From positions 1 to 64,000 of the forward strand of contig CAZBZU010000012.1 in the NCBI GenBank assembly GCA_964496495.1: a DNA stretch of 64,000 nucleotides. The letters run 5' to 3'. Position 1 is the stretch's first letter; each line of letters starts with the position of its first letter. This document shows positions 50,212 through 60,800 of the stretch, piece by piece. Under the pieces are notes generated by a model. The model did not search any database, had not been told where the DNA came from, and was given only the letters and a program-made list of their open reading frames with translations. Made by a program: the position numbers and the translations under genes. The DNA is from an uncultured bacterium (GTDB taxonomy: Bacteria; Deinococcota; Deinococci; Deinococcales; Trueperaceae).

Positions 50212-51201
50212 ATGTCGGGCGAGCGGGTGCGGCTGATGGACCGCTATGGCCGGGTGGTGCGCGACCTGCGGGTGAGCGTCACTCCCCGCTGCAACTTCCG
50301 TTGCCACTACTGCGATCCCTTGGGCGCGGGCGCGCACGAGCCGCCCGGCACCCTCGGCGTGGCGCAGGTCGGCACCGTGTTACGGGCAGCCACCGCCCTG
50401 GGAATGACGTCGGTGCGCTTCACCGGCGGCGAGCCGCTGCTGCGCAAGGAGCTCCCGGCGATGATCCGCATCGCCAAGGGGCTGGGCCTGCCGGACGTGG
50501 CGGCCACCACCAACGCCAGCGCCCTCGAGCGGCGGCTGCCCGAGCTGCGCGAGGCGGGCCTCGACCGCCTCAACATCTCGCTCGACGCTCTCGACCCCGG
50601 GGTCTTCCGCGAGATCACCCAGGGGGGCGACGTCGCACGCGTCTGGCGCGGCATCGAGGCGGCGGTGGACGCCGGCATGACGCCGGTGAAGATCAACACC
50701 GTGGTGATGCGCGGCCTCAATGACGGCGAGATCGAAGGGCTGGCTCGGCTCACCGAAGCACGCCCCTTCCACGTCCGCTTCATCGAGTACATGCACCTGA
50801 ACAACGCCCGGGCCTCGGACTACCGCCAGTCCTTCCTCGCCGGCAAGGACATCCGTGCGCGCGTCGAGGCCGCCTACGGGCCGCTCGAGCCGGTCGATAC
50901 CGACCCCTCGGCGCCCGCGCGGCTGTTCCGGGTGCCCGGGTGGGCGGGCGCGATAGGCTTCATCAACCCCGTCAGCGAGCCGTTCTGCGGAGCTTGCAGC
51001 CGCATGCGTGTTACCTCCGACGGCATGCTTCGGCCGTGCCTGCTCACCGATCGCGAGCTCGAGCTGCACTGCGCCCTCGCCGCCGACGACCCCGTCGAGG
51101 CGGTGATCGAGCGCTTCCTGGTAGCCGCCCATCGCAAGGTTGCCTCGGGCGTCACCTCGCCCACCGAACGTCCCCGCACCATGGTCGCCATCGGCGGCTG
51201 A
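50212..51201 (+). CDS. moaA: GTP 3',8-cyclase (molybdenum cofactor biosynthesis protein A)
   Basis: 329 aa. Radical-SAM CxxxCxxC (CNFRCHYC), second C-terminal Cys cluster (CGACSRMRVTSDG), GTP-binding motifs. Confidence 0.9.
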   Translation: MSGERVRLMDRYGRVVRDLRVSVTPRCNFRCHYCDPLGAGAHEPPGTLGVAQVGTVLRAATALGMTSVRFTGGEPLLRKELPAMIRIAKGLGLPDVAATTNASALERRLPELREAGLDRLNISLDALDPGVFREITQGGDVARVWRGIEAAVDAGMTPVKINTVVMRGLNDGEIEGLARLTEARPFHVRFIEYMHLNNARASDYRQSFLAGKDIRARVEAAYGPLEPVDTDPSAPARLFRVPGWAGAIGFINPVSEPFCGACSRMRVTSDGMLRPCLLTDRELELHCALAADDPVEAVIERFLVAAHRKVASGVTSPTERPRTMVAIGG

Positions 51202-51282
51202 GGCGACGACGCCGCGGCTCGCCGGCACCCGAGCGCGCCTCGTTGCGCGACGACGCGCGACCCGCCGGGCCGCGCCCACGGC

Positions 51283-52458
51283 TCACCCCGGCAGCCGGAA
51301 CAGCGCCGCCATCCCCTGACCGCCCCCCACGCACATGGAGATGACGCCGTGCTCCCTGCCGCTACGCCGCATCTCGGCGAAGAGATCCGCGGCGATCCGC
51401 GAGCCGGTGGCGCCGAGCGGGTGACCGATGGCGATCGCGCCACCGTTGACGTTCAGCTTGTCGTCGGGGATGCCCAGCTGCACCTGGCTGTAGCGGCACT
51501 GGCTGGCGAAGGCCTCGTTGATCTCGAAGAGGTCGATGTCGTCGACGGTCATCCCGGTCTTGGCCAGCAGCTTGCCGATGGCCGGGACCGGGCCGATGCC
51601 CATGATCTCGGGCGGCACCCCGCACACCGCCGCCTGCACGAACACGGCCAGCGGCTCCAGGCCCAACGCCTCGGCCTTGTCGCGCGGCATGGCGACGGTC
51701 ATGGCGGCGCCGTCGTTGAGCGGGCTGGAGTTGCCCGCCGTCACGGTGGCCGCCTCGTCGTCGGCGAAGACGGTCCTCAACCCGGCGAGCGCCTCCATGC
51801 TGGTGCTCTCGCGGGGTCCCTCGTCCTGGTCCAGCACCACCTCGTGCCAGACGTCATCCTCGTCTCTCACCCGCGTGGCGACCGGGACCAGGTGCCCCGC
51901 GAGCTTCCCTGCCTTGTGGGCGGCGATGGCCTTGCGGTGGCTGGCCAGTGCGAAGGCGTCCTGCTCCTGGCGGCCGATGCCGAAGCGGCGGGCCACCTCC
52001 TCTGCCGTCTGCCCCATGCTGTGATACGCGCCCGGCTTGCGCCGGGCCAGCGCCCGGTTGAAGGCGGGGTCGCGCCCGCCGATGGGCACGCGGCTGGTGC
52101 AGTCGCTGCCGCCCGCGAACACGACGTCGTTCATGCCGGCGGCGACCGAGTGCACGCCCTGAACGATGACCTGCAGGCCGCTGGCGCAGAAGCGGTTGAT
52201 GGTGGCGCCCGCCACGCTGTCCGGCAGCTCGGCGATCTGGGCCGCGATGCGGGCGAGGTTGTACCCCGCCTCCCCCTCCGGATGCGCGTTCCCGACGAGC
52301 ACGTCGTCGATCTCGCTGGGGTCCAGCCCGGGGGTGCGTGCCAGCGCCTCGCGGATCACCAGGCCGGCGAGGTCGTCCGGGCGGGTGTCCTTGAGCCGTC
52401 CCTTGTGCGACCGCCCCACGGGCGTCCGGATGGCGGTGGTGATCACGACCTCGCGCAC
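51283..52458 (-). CDS. Acetyl-CoA C-acetyltransferase (thiolase II)
   Basis: 391 aa. Active-site Cys (NRFCASGLQ), His (GNSSPLNDGAA), C-terminal Cys (CVGGGQG). Confidence 0.9.
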   Translation of the reverse strand: MREVVITTAIRTPVGRSHKGRLKDTRPDDLAGLVIREALARTPGLDPSEIDDVLVGNAHPEGEAGYNLARIAAQIAELPDSVAGATINRFCASGLQVIVQGVHSVAAGMNDVVFAGGSDCTSRVPIGGRDPAFNRALARRKPGAYHSMGQTAEEVARRFGIGRQEQDAFALASHRKAIAAHKAGKLAGHLVPVATRVRDEDDVWHEVVLDQDEGPRESTSMEALAGLRTVFADDEAATVTAGNSSPLNDGAAMTVAMPRDKAEALGLEPLAVFVQAAVCGVPPEIMGIGPVPAIGKLLAKTGMTVDDIDLFEINEAFASQCRYSQVQLGIPDDKLNVNGGAIAIGHPLGATGSRIAADLFAEMRRSGREHGVISMCVGGGQGMAALFRLPG

Positions 52459-52507
52459 GCTGTCTCCTCCCTCGTCTCGCGTCGGGCTCCGGGCCCGGCG
52501 CCCGGTG

Positions 52508-53068
52508 TCAGCTGTTCCAGGGCCGGAGCAGGATGGCGCCGTCCTTGAGGTGCGCGACCTCCGGGCCGTTGGCGGACTTGCCGCCCTCGCCGGCCTGCGC
52601 CACCGCGCTGCCGATGCGCAGCTGCGGGCTGAGGATGCGCTCGGCCCACACCACCGCCTTCTCGTTGCCGCCGGCCCCCGCGTGCGCCAGGCCGCGCAAC
52701 GTTCCCACCACGATGATGTCGTCGTTGGCGATGATCTCCGCGCCGGCGTTGACGTCCCCCAGCACCACCACGGAGCCGGTGGACTCGATGCGGCCGCCGC
52801 TCCTGACGGTGCGCGCCACGATCACGGTCTCGCCCCGCGCCTGCGGCATCACCGCCGGCGGCCGCAGCTCCGTGAGCGTGCCGCCGGCCGCGGTCACCGC
52901 CTGCACCACGTGCTCGAGCACGGAGTAGGCGACCTTCCCCGCCACCTCGATGACCACCTTGTCGGCAAGCAGCTCGGCGTGGGTCTGGAGGTTGGCGTCG
53001 ACCGCCTCGAGCGTGTCGCTCTCCTCCAGACTGAGCAGGATGCCGCCCCGCGTTCCTCGCGCCTTCAT
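52508..53068 (-). CDS. minC: Septum site-determining protein MinC
   Basis: 186 aa, the last 186 codons of a 675-aa track ORF. C-terminal beta-helix matches MinC (VRSGGRIESTGSVVVLGDVNAGAEIIANDDIIVVGTLRGLAHAGAGGNEKAVVWAERILSPQLRI). Its start codon overlaps the mrdA stop by 1 nt. Confidence 0.8.
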   Translation of the reverse strand: MKARGTRGGILLSLEESDTLEAVDANLQTHAELLADKVVIEVAGKVAYSVLEHVVQAVTAAGGTLTELRPPAVMPQARGETVIVARTVRSGGRIESTGSVVVLGDVNAGAEIIANDDIIVVGTLRGLAHAGAGGNEKAVVWAERILSPQLRIGSAVAQAGEGGKSANGPEVAHLKDGAILLRPWNS

Positions 53069-54873
53069 CAGGGAATGTGCACCTCCACGCCGTGCAGCTT
53101 CCAGTACCCGGCCAGGAAGTCCCGGGCGACCGGGACCGACACGTAGGAGCTGGCGCCGCCGTACTCGAGGAATACCACGATGGCGATCTTCGGGTTCTTG
53201 ACGGGACTGAACCCCATGAACCAGGCATGGGTCCAGTTGTCGCCGCGGCTGGTCTGGGCGGTGCCGGTCTTGCCCGCCACGCTGACGTTGTCGGGGAACA
53301 CCGACGGCCCCAGGAACCACTTCTCCGGAAAGTCGGTGAACGCCAGCCGCATGCCGTGGATGAGCGTGTCCCACGACGAGCCCTCGAGGTGACGGATCTG
53401 CGGCTTGACGGGGACGCCGCCCACCTTCGCCACCAGGTGCGGCTTGGCCTCGACCCCGTGCTCCGCCACCGTGCTGACGAGCTGGGCCAGCTGGACCGGC
53501 GTGGCCAACGTGTCCCCCTGCCCGATGATGGTGTTGAGCGTGTACCCGGGAAGCCAGCCGTGCCGGTACTGCGGTTGCGAATGCACCCATTGCAGGTCCG
53601 GCACGCGGCCGCTCTCCTCGCCGGGCAACCCCACCCCCACCGGCTCGCCGTAGCCCAGCTTGTGCGCGTTGTCGACCTCGTCCTGCATGAAGCCGTTCCA
53701 GCCGCTGGAGAAGTTCGGGGTGGTGAGCGCGGCATTCCAGAAGAAGGTGTTGCAGCTGTCGGCGATGCCCTGGGCGACGTCGTACGGGCCTTTGTCGAAG
53801 GTGGCCCAGTTGTGGAAGGTCACGCCGCCGTAGCGCACCGCGGCGCTGCAGTCGAACTTGGTCCGGGGCGTGATGAAGCCGTCCTCCAGGAGGGTGTAGG
53901 AGGTGATGATCTTGAAGGTCGACGCGGGCGGATAGGCCTGGATGGCGCGGTTCTCCAGCGGGCGGTTCTTGCTGTCCTGCAGGATGGCGTTCACCGCCTT
54001 GGCGTCGACCGGCAGGTGGGTGAAGAGGTTCTCGTCGAAGGTGGGCGCGCTCGCCATGGCAAGGATGTCCCCGGTCTTCGGGTCGACGGCCAGGATCGCG
54101 CCGTGGACCTCCTTGGCGAGCGGCAGGTGGACGCGCTTGCGGTCCTGGTTGACGTACTTGATGGCGGCCTTGAGCGTGTCCTCGGCGAGCCGCTGCACCT
54201 GCGGGTCGATGGTGAGGGTGACGTCCTGCCCCGGCTGAGCGGGCCACAGCAGCGTCGAGCGCACCACGTTGCCGAGGTTGTCCACCTCCACCAGGCGCGC
54301 TCCGGCCTTGCCGTGCAGCGCCGTCTCGTAGCTCTTCTCGATGCCCATGACGCCCACCAGGTCGTTCACGGTGTAGCCCGGGTAGCGTTCCGGGTCGGCC
54401 TGCGTGGTGTAGCCGACCGTCTGGGCCGCGAGGTTGGTGGGATAGGTGCGCTCGATGCGCTGCCGAAGGTACAGGTTGGGGTGCCCGGCGACGCGCTCCT
54501 CGATGGCGGGGACCAGCTTGTCGGGGATGTTCCACGCCAGCACCGCGCCGTTGCGCACCTCCTCGGGGTTCTTGGGGTCGGGTGGCGTCGGCTCGCCGCT
54601 GACGCCCACCAGGCGCTTCAGCCTGGGCCAGTCGGGGATGGGGCCGCCACGGTACATCAGGTCGTAGGCGATGCGGTCGTCGGCCAGCACGGTGCCGTCG
54701 CTCGCCAGGATGCGCCCCCGGAGCGGCGTGATGGCCGTCTGTTGCGTGGCGTTCTGCTCGCTCCTGGCGGTGAACTCCTCGGCCATGGCCAGCTGCAGGT
54801 ACATCAGGCGAGCGGTGTATGCCACCAGGACCGTCAGCACCAGCGCCAGCACCAGCCTGGCACGTCCGTTCAC
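53068..54873 (-). CDS. mrdA: Penicillin-binding protein 2 (elongasome transpeptidase)
   Basis: PBP dimerisation and transpeptidase domains (STFK, SCN, KTGTA motifs). Start placed at GTG 54871-54873 to limit overlap with mreD. The track ORF extends to GTG 54954, which would overlap mreD by 50 nt, so the start is uncertain. Confidence 0.85.
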   Translation of the reverse strand: MNGRARLVLALVLTVLVAYTARLMYLQLAMAEEFTARSEQNATQQTAITPLRGRILASDGTVLADDRIAYDLMYRGGPIPDWPRLKRLVGVSGEPTPPDPKNPEEVRNGAVLAWNIPDKLVPAIEERVAGHPNLYLRQRIERTYPTNLAAQTVGYTTQADPERYPGYTVNDLVGVMGIEKSYETALHGKAGARLVEVDNLGNVVRSTLLWPAQPGQDVTLTIDPQVQRLAEDTLKAAIKYVNQDRKRVHLPLAKEVHGAILAVDPKTGDILAMASAPTFDENLFTHLPVDAKAVNAILQDSKNRPLENRAIQAYPPASTFKIITSYTLLEDGFITPRTKFDCSAAVRYGGVTFHNWATFDKGPYDVAQGIADSCNTFFWNAALTTPNFSSGWNGFMQDEVDNAHKLGYGEPVGVGLPGEESGRVPDLQWVHSQPQYRHGWLPGYTLNTIIGQGDTLATPVQLAQLVSTVAEHGVEAKPHLVAKVGGVPVKPQIRHLEGSSWDTLIHGMRLAFTDFPEKWFLGPSVFPDNVSVAGKTGTAQTSRGDNWTHAWFMGFSPVKNPKIAIVVFLEYGGASSYVSVPVARDFLAGYWKLHGVEVHIP

Positions 54874-54904
54874 GAAGGCACCCGCGCCGCCCCGCCGGCC
54901 GCGA

Positions 54905-55396
54905 TCACAGCAGCTCCTTGCGGAGCAGCCGGCTGCGCTGCAACAGGGCGGCACCCCACGGCAGCAGCAGCAAGCCGGCGGCGACCGTCAGCACGCTCTC
55001 CACCGCGGCGACGGCACCCATGCGCACCAGCGACTCGGCCGACCCCGTCAGCCACAGCAGTAGCGGCACCAGCACCAGCCACTTGCCGGCCTCGGCGGAG
55101 AGGATCACCAGGCCGCGCTCGAACACGCCGGACTGCGTGAGCTGGGCCCGCACCAGGCTCGCGGCCAGCGCGGCCCCCGCCAGCGCGAACGCGTGCACGC
55201 CCAGCACGCCGGCGCCCATCAGGTCCTGCAGCAGTCCCACGCCGTAGCCGACCAGCACCAGCTGCCAGGGCTGGATGCGCCACAGCAAGGTCAGCACGGC
55301 GATCATGAACAGGTCCGGGGTCGGGAACGGCGTGAGGAGGGCTGCCAGGAACCCTTGCGCGATCACCAGGACCAGGTAGAACAGCAGCAGCCGCAT
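54905..55396 (-). CDS. mreD: Rod shape-determining protein MreD
   Basis: 163 aa from ATG 55396. Five hydrophobic helices. Sits immediately upstream of PBP2. No mreB or mreC adjacent. Confidence 0.7.
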   Translation of the reverse strand: MRLLLFYLVLVIAQGFLAALLTPFPTPDLFMIAVLTLLWRIQPWQLVLVGYGVGLLQDLMGAGVLGVHAFALAGAALAASLVRAQLTQSGVFERGLVILSAEAGKWLVLVPLLLWLTGSAESLVRMGAVAAVESVLTVAAGLLLLPWGAALLQRSRLLRKELL

Positions 55397-55417
55397 GGCT
55401 CCAAGTGTACCGTCGCA

Positions 55418-55431
55418 CCGGAGCGCTCCGG
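55418..55431. promoter_or_regulatory. Perfect 14-bp palindrome CCGGAGCGCTCCGG 22 nt upstream of the mreD start
   Basis: Read directly. Lies between divergent mreD and the asparaginase gene. Confidence 0.3.
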
Positions 55432-55542
55432 ATGGGAGGCCGGCCGCGGCTCGCCGGGCCCGCCGCACGCCGTTCCGCCGCCCCGCGGCCGCCGACACGC
55501 ACCACTGGCAGACGTGCCGCCTGCCGGGTACCATTGGTGCCC

Positions 55543-56433
55543 ATGGCCATCCTTCTCATCCACGGCGGCGCGGGGACCCACCCCCAGGACGCCGAGAGCG
55601 ACACCGTCGCCGGCCTCGAGCGCGCCCGCCAGGCCGGCTACGCCGCCTTCGAGCGGGGAACCGCCGCGGCGGCGGCGCTGGCCGCCGTCGAGTCCATGGA
55701 AGCCAACGAGCTGGCCTTCAACGCCGGGGTCGGCGGCTCCCCCACCCGCGAGGGCACCGTCGAGCTCGATGCCGCCGTGATGCTCTCGGACGGCAGCAGC
55801 GGCGCCGTCACGCTGGTGCGGAACACCCCGTTCGCGGCGCGACTGGCCGACCGGGTGCGCACCGGCACGCCGCACGCCTTCCTGGCCGCCCACGGTGCCG
55901 AGGCCCTGGTGGACGACCCTGTCCCCAACGAACGGCTGCTGACGCCGCGGAGCCGCGCCGCGCTGGAGCGCTGGCGTGCCGCTCACGACGCCTCGCCCGC
56001 GGGGTCCGGCACCGTCGGGGCGGTGGCGCTCGACGACCGCGGCGACCTGGCTGCGGTCACCAGCACCGGCGGGATGGTGGGCAAGTGGCCGGGCCGCATC
56101 GGCGACACCCCGATCGTGGGGGCCGGCACCTACGCCAACGAGCGCGTCGCCGTCTCCTGTACCGGGCGTGGGGAGGCGTTCATGCGCGCCGTTACCGGCA
56201 AGCGACTGGCCGATGCGCTGGAGGCCGGGGCGGACCTGGAGGCTGCCCTGCAGGAGGCGCTCGACGGCATCCGCCGGTTCGGCGGCGACGGCGGCCTGAT
56301 CGCGGTGACCCGCTCGGGCAGCTTCGGGCTGGCCTTCAACAGCGCCAGCATGGCCCAGGGCTGGCGCACTGCGGCCGGCGGCGAGGCGCGCCTGGCGCGC
56401 GCTGCCGGCATTCTGGTGCTGCAGGCGGGCTGA
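55543..56433 (+). CDS. Isoaspartyl peptidase/L-asparaginase (Ntn-hydrolase, plant-type asparaginase family)
   Basis: 296 aa from ATG 55543. Autoproteolytic G-T site region (SGTVGAVALDDRGDLAAVTSTGG), C-terminal GGDGGLIA. Confidence 0.85.
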   Translation: MAILLIHGGAGTHPQDAESDTVAGLERARQAGYAAFERGTAAAAALAAVESMEANELAFNAGVGGSPTREGTVELDAAVMLSDGSSGAVTLVRNTPFAARLADRVRTGTPHAFLAAHGAEALVDDPVPNERLLTPRSRAALERWRAAHDASPAGSGTVGAVALDDRGDLAAVTSTGGMVGKWPGRIGDTPIVGAGTYANERVAVSCTGRGEAFMRAVTGKRLADALEAGADLEAALQEALDGIRRFGGDGGLIAVTRSGSFGLAFNSASMAQGWRTAAGGEARLARAAGILVLQAG

Positions 56434-56475
56434 GTCGACCCCGCGTTCGGGGTGGCCGGGCGAACGTCCCTGGGA

Positions 56476-57429
56476 ATGCGTCTGGGGCGGCGATATGCTC
56501 GTCGTGTGATTCACACGGTGACGGTGAATCCAGCACTGGACCTGACCTACCGCGTAGACGCGATCATGTTCGACGATACCGTGAGGGCCGATGAAGTTCT
56601 GCGCTCGCCCGGCGGCAAGGGCATCAACGTCAGTCGCGTCAGCGCCAGGCTGGGGCACGCCACCGTCGCCATGGGGTTCATCGGTGGCCGGGCCGGCGAT
56701 GAGCTGCGCGAGCGTCTGGAGGACGAGGACGTGCGCACCTGGTTCACCCACGTGACCGGCGACACCCGCACCAACGTCATCGTCCAGGACGCTGCCAGCC
56801 ACCAGATCCGGCTGTCGAGCCCGGGCGCGGAGGTGACGGTCGACGACGTCGACCATCTGGTCGAGAGCCTCTTCGACCTTCGCGCGCCGGACGTGCTAGC
56901 CCTCTGCGGCAGCGTGCTGCCCGGGATGCCGCAGGACTTCTACGGGACCGTGGCGCAGCGCGCGGCGGCCGACGGGATCCGTGTCGCGGTCGACGCCGAC
57001 GGGCCCGAGCTGGCGTCCGCGGTGGATGCCGGCGTCTACCTCATCAAGCCCAACCGCTACGAGCTGCAGCGCCTCACCGGTCACGAAGTCGGAACCCGGG
57101 AGGAAGCCGTGGCGGCGGCCAGGCCGCTGCTCAAGCGCGGGGTGCAGGTGGTCATCACCAGCCTGGGCGAGCTGGGCGCCGTGCTGGTGAGCGGCGATTG
57201 CGCCCTGCACGCCTACGCGCCGCGGGTGACGGTCGACTCCGCGGTCGGCGCCGGCGACGCCATGCTGGCGGCCGCACTGGCCGTCGCCGTCGACGGCGCG
57301 CCCTGGGAGACGGTGCTTCGCCTAGGCGTGGCCAGCGGCACCGCCACCGCCATGACCCCGGGAAGCGAGCTGTGCCACCGTAGCGACCTCGAGGCGCTGC
57401 TTCCGCAGGTGGTCGTCGAGACGCTGTGA
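56476..57429 (+). CDS. PfkB-family sugar kinase (1-phosphofructokinase/tagatose-6-P kinase-like)
   Basis: IHTVTVNPALD N-terminus. GG motif (PGGKGINVS). ATP-anchor GAGD (VGAGDAMLAA). Start is either ATG 56476 or GTG 56506. Confidence 0.85.
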   Translation: MRLGRRYARRVIHTVTVNPALDLTYRVDAIMFDDTVRADEVLRSPGGKGINVSRVSARLGHATVAMGFIGGRAGDELRERLEDEDVRTWFTHVTGDTRTNVIVQDAASHQIRLSSPGAEVTVDDVDHLVESLFDLRAPDVLALCGSVLPGMPQDFYGTVAQRAAADGIRVAVDADGPELASAVDAGVYLIKPNRYELQRLTGHEVGTREEAVAAARPLLKRGVQVVITSLGELGAVLVSGDCALHAYAPRVTVDSAVGAGDAMLAAALAVAVDGAPWETVLRLGVASGTATAMTPGSELCHRSDLEALLPQVVVETL

Positions 57430-57591
57430 CCAAATTCCGGCGCTAGACGCGTCCCTGACGATATCGACAGCAAATGACGTGCGTCACTTCACAAGCCTGG
57501 TCCCGTTGCAGTACACTCCCCGTCGGTGCCCGCAGCGAGCGGCGCCCGCGGCCCCCCTCGAGGGGCTAGCCCACGCACGAAGGATGTCGCG

Positions 57592-57765
57592 ATGAATCAC
57601 GAACGCGCGCTCCGCAGCCTGTCCATCCAACATCACCTGCACATCGGCGCCACCGCGCCGCGACCGGTCTTCGACGACGGCCATGACCGGCGCCCCGAAG
57701 CGCCGCGAGCCCCGCAGGCTCGACCCGCCGCCACGCTGCGAACGCTGTTCCGGCGCTCGCGCTAG
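57592..57765 (+). CDS. Small Arg/His-rich hypothetical protein (57 aa)
   Basis: GAAGGA RBS 8 nt upstream of ATG. Preceded by a TTCACA-N18-TACACT promoter-like element. GC3 ~80%. Speculative. Confidence 0.3.
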   Translation: MNHERALRSLSIQHHLHIGATAPRPVFDDGHDRRPEAPRAPQARPAATLRTLFRRSR

Positions 57766-57851
57766 GCGAGGAGGGCACGTGAGCGTGCGCGCCGTCCGGG
57801 CTGGCTGCGCGCACCCCCAGCACAGCGACGCTTGCGGTCGGTCCGGTTGGG

Positions 57852-60800
57852 CTACTTCCCGAACACGTTGGGGAGCTCCTCGAACTCGACCAGCACCTCG
57901 CGTGGCTTGCTGCCCTGGTGCGGGCCGACCACCCCGAGCGCCTCCAGCGAGTCCATCAGCTTACCGGCGCGCGCGTGCCCGACCTGCAGCCGGCGCTGGA
58001 GCCTGGACACGCTCGCCTGCCCCTCGTTCACCACCAGCTCGGCGGCCGTGCGCAGCTTGTCGTCGTTCCAGTCGATCAGCCCGCTGGCGTCCGACTCGAA
58101 CGAGCTCGGCGGGTCGAAGTCCGCCCCGTACGCCTCCACGAAGTCGTCGTCGAAGTACTGCCGCCTGAGGAAAGCGCCGAGCCTGCCCACCTCCCGCTCG
58201 CTCACGAACGGCCCCTGGAGGCGCACGGCCTTCACCAGTCCCGGCTGGTAGAACAGCATGTCCCCCAGCCCGATGAGCCTCTCCGCCCCCATGCTGTCCA
58301 GGATGGTGCGCGAGTCGTGACTGCTCGACACCGCGAACGCCATCCTCGCCGGCACGTTCACCTTGATCAAGCTCGTCAGGATGTCCACGCTCGGCCGCTG
58401 CGTCGCCAGGATCAGGTGCATGCCCGTGGCGCGCGCCATCTGCGCCAGGCGCATGATCGCCGACTCCACCTCCTTCGGGCTGGTGATCATCAGGTCCGCC
58501 AGCTCGTCGATCACCACCACGATGAACGGCAGCTCCGGCAGATCCAGGTTGCGCGCCTTCTCGTTGTACTGATCCAGGTTCTTCGCGCCCACCTTCGACA
58601 TCATCTTGTAGCGCCGCTCCATGTGCGCCACCGCCCCCAACAGCACCCCCGCCGCGTCCGTCGGGTTCGTCACCACGTTCCGCAGCAGGTGCGGCACCCC
58701 GTCGAACGGCGTCAGCTCCACCATCTTCGGGTCGACCATCAACAACCGCAGCTCGGTGGGCAGGAAGCGGTACAGCAGGCTGCCGATCAACGTGTTCACC
58801 GCCACCGACTTCCCCGACCCCGTCGAGCCGGCGATCAGCAGGTGCGGCATCTTCACCAGGTCGCCCACCACCATCTCACCGTCGATCGACTTCCCCAGGA
58901 TGATGGGGAGGCGCGCCTTGCTGCGCCGGAAGCTCCCCGACTCCGCCGCCTCCCGGAACCGCACCAGCTCCCGGTTGGCGTTCGGCACCTCCAACCCGAT
59001 CACGCTCTTCCCCGGGATCGGCGCCTCGATCCGCACGCTCCCCACCGCCATCGCCAACGCCAGATCATCGGACAGGTTGGCGAAGCGCGCGATCTTCTCC
59101 CCCGGCGCCGGCTCCACCTCGAAACGCGTCACCGTCGGACCCCGCACCGCAGCGACCACTCGCCCCTGCAGGTTGAAGCTCGACAGCGTGGCATCGATCT
59201 TCCCCACCCGCTCGCGATGCTCCCGCACCAGCGCCCCCCGATCCTCCACCGCCGCCTCCGGCTCGTCCAACAGGTCCACGGGCGGCACCTGGATGGGGAT
59301 GCCACCGAACTCCGGCAGTGGCTCCGCGGCCCCCGGCGGCTCGGCGGCCCCCGGCGCCTCGCGTTCGCGCCCGTTCCCGGCGTGCTCGAGCACGCCGGCG
59401 TCGAGAAGCGCCGCCTCCAGCTCGGGATCGGCCGCCACCGCCTGCGTCGCCGGCGCCGAGCCGCTCGCCTCGGGCAACCACGGCGGCAGCTCGTGCTCCG
59501 GTGCCTCGCCCGCTCCCTCCGCCAGCCCGGCGGCCGCCACCGGCGCGTCCCGGGCCGCCCACGCGACCGCGGTGTCCTCCTCCTCGGCCGGCGCCTCGCG
59601 AGCGGCGGCTTCGACGCGCGCCGCGACCGACCGCAGCGCCTCCAGCCAGCCGCTCAGATCGGCGAGCGCCTCGACGCCACGGCCATCCAGCTCCGCGGCC
59701 AGGCCGGCGTCCAGCTCCGTCACTTCGTCCGCGTCAGGATAGCTCGCGGCCAGCTCCTCCAGCTCCCCGATCAGCTCGCGCCACGGCTCCAGCGCCTCGG
59801 CGTCTCGCCCCAGGCGGGACGCGTCGGCCTCGATGCGCACGTAGGCAGCGAGCCGGCGGCCGTGATCGGTCGAGGCGCGAGCCAGCTCCTGAGGTGACAT
59901 GCCCTTGAGCGCGCGCTGGTCGAGGTCGCGCTCGCGGGTCAGGCGCCGATGCCGCTCGAGCAACCCGGTCAGGTCGAGCGCCAGCGTCTTGCGCAGCCTG
60001 TCCACCGCCCTCGAGGCCTGGCAGCGCCCCGTCACGGCATCGTCCAGCGCGCTCTTGAGGGCCCGCGACCAGGCGTCGAACGTTCCCGCCCGCCGCCACG
60101 CCGCAGCCCGGCCGCCGGCTGCGAGGTCGTCGCCCTCCTGCGGGGGCTGCGCTCCCTCGGCCTTGAGCTGCTCGACCATCTCGCCGGCGCGGTCGCGAGC
60201 GAAGTCCCTGACCGCGTTCTGCCAGGCCTTGAGGTCGGCCCGCGCATCGGCCAGGATCGCCGGCTCGGGATCGGAGCCGAGGCGCTTGACGGCCGCGTGC
60301 ACCTCGCCGCGCCAACGCTCGAGCTCCCCGCTGCCGGGGTAGAGCGTGCTGAGCGCCTGCAGATCCCGGTCGAGCGCCAGCAGGGCTCGCCGCGCCAAGG
60401 CCACGTCGGCGAGGAAGGACGCACGCTCCCTGGCCCGCCGGCGGGCCGTGAGCAGCGTCTTGACGCCGCCGCGTACGCCCTCGACCAGCGCCAGCAGGAA
60501 GCCGCGCAGCAACCGGGTAGGCGCCAGCCCGAACAACAGGTCCAATCCGATCGAGGCGACGATCACCGCCGGCACCACCGCCAGCGCGCCCCAGGCGCCG
60601 GAGAGGCGCGCTCGCAGCGCCTGGCCGTAGGCTCCGGTGTGCGGCAGCGCCACCATCACCACCACGCCCCAGGCTCCCGCCACCGCCAGCAGGTATCCGA
60701 GCAGCAAGCGCGGCCACCACCGCGGGCTGCGCCTCAGCAGGAACAGGCCTCCAAGGACCAGCAGGGGCACCGGCAGCGCGTAGGCGCCCCAACCGACCCG

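Noticed and set aside
52508-54535. 675-aa ORF treated as one gene
   Set aside because: Only the C-terminal 186 aa matches MinC. The upstream part is low-complexity and overlaps the PBP2 coding sequence on the same strand in another frame.
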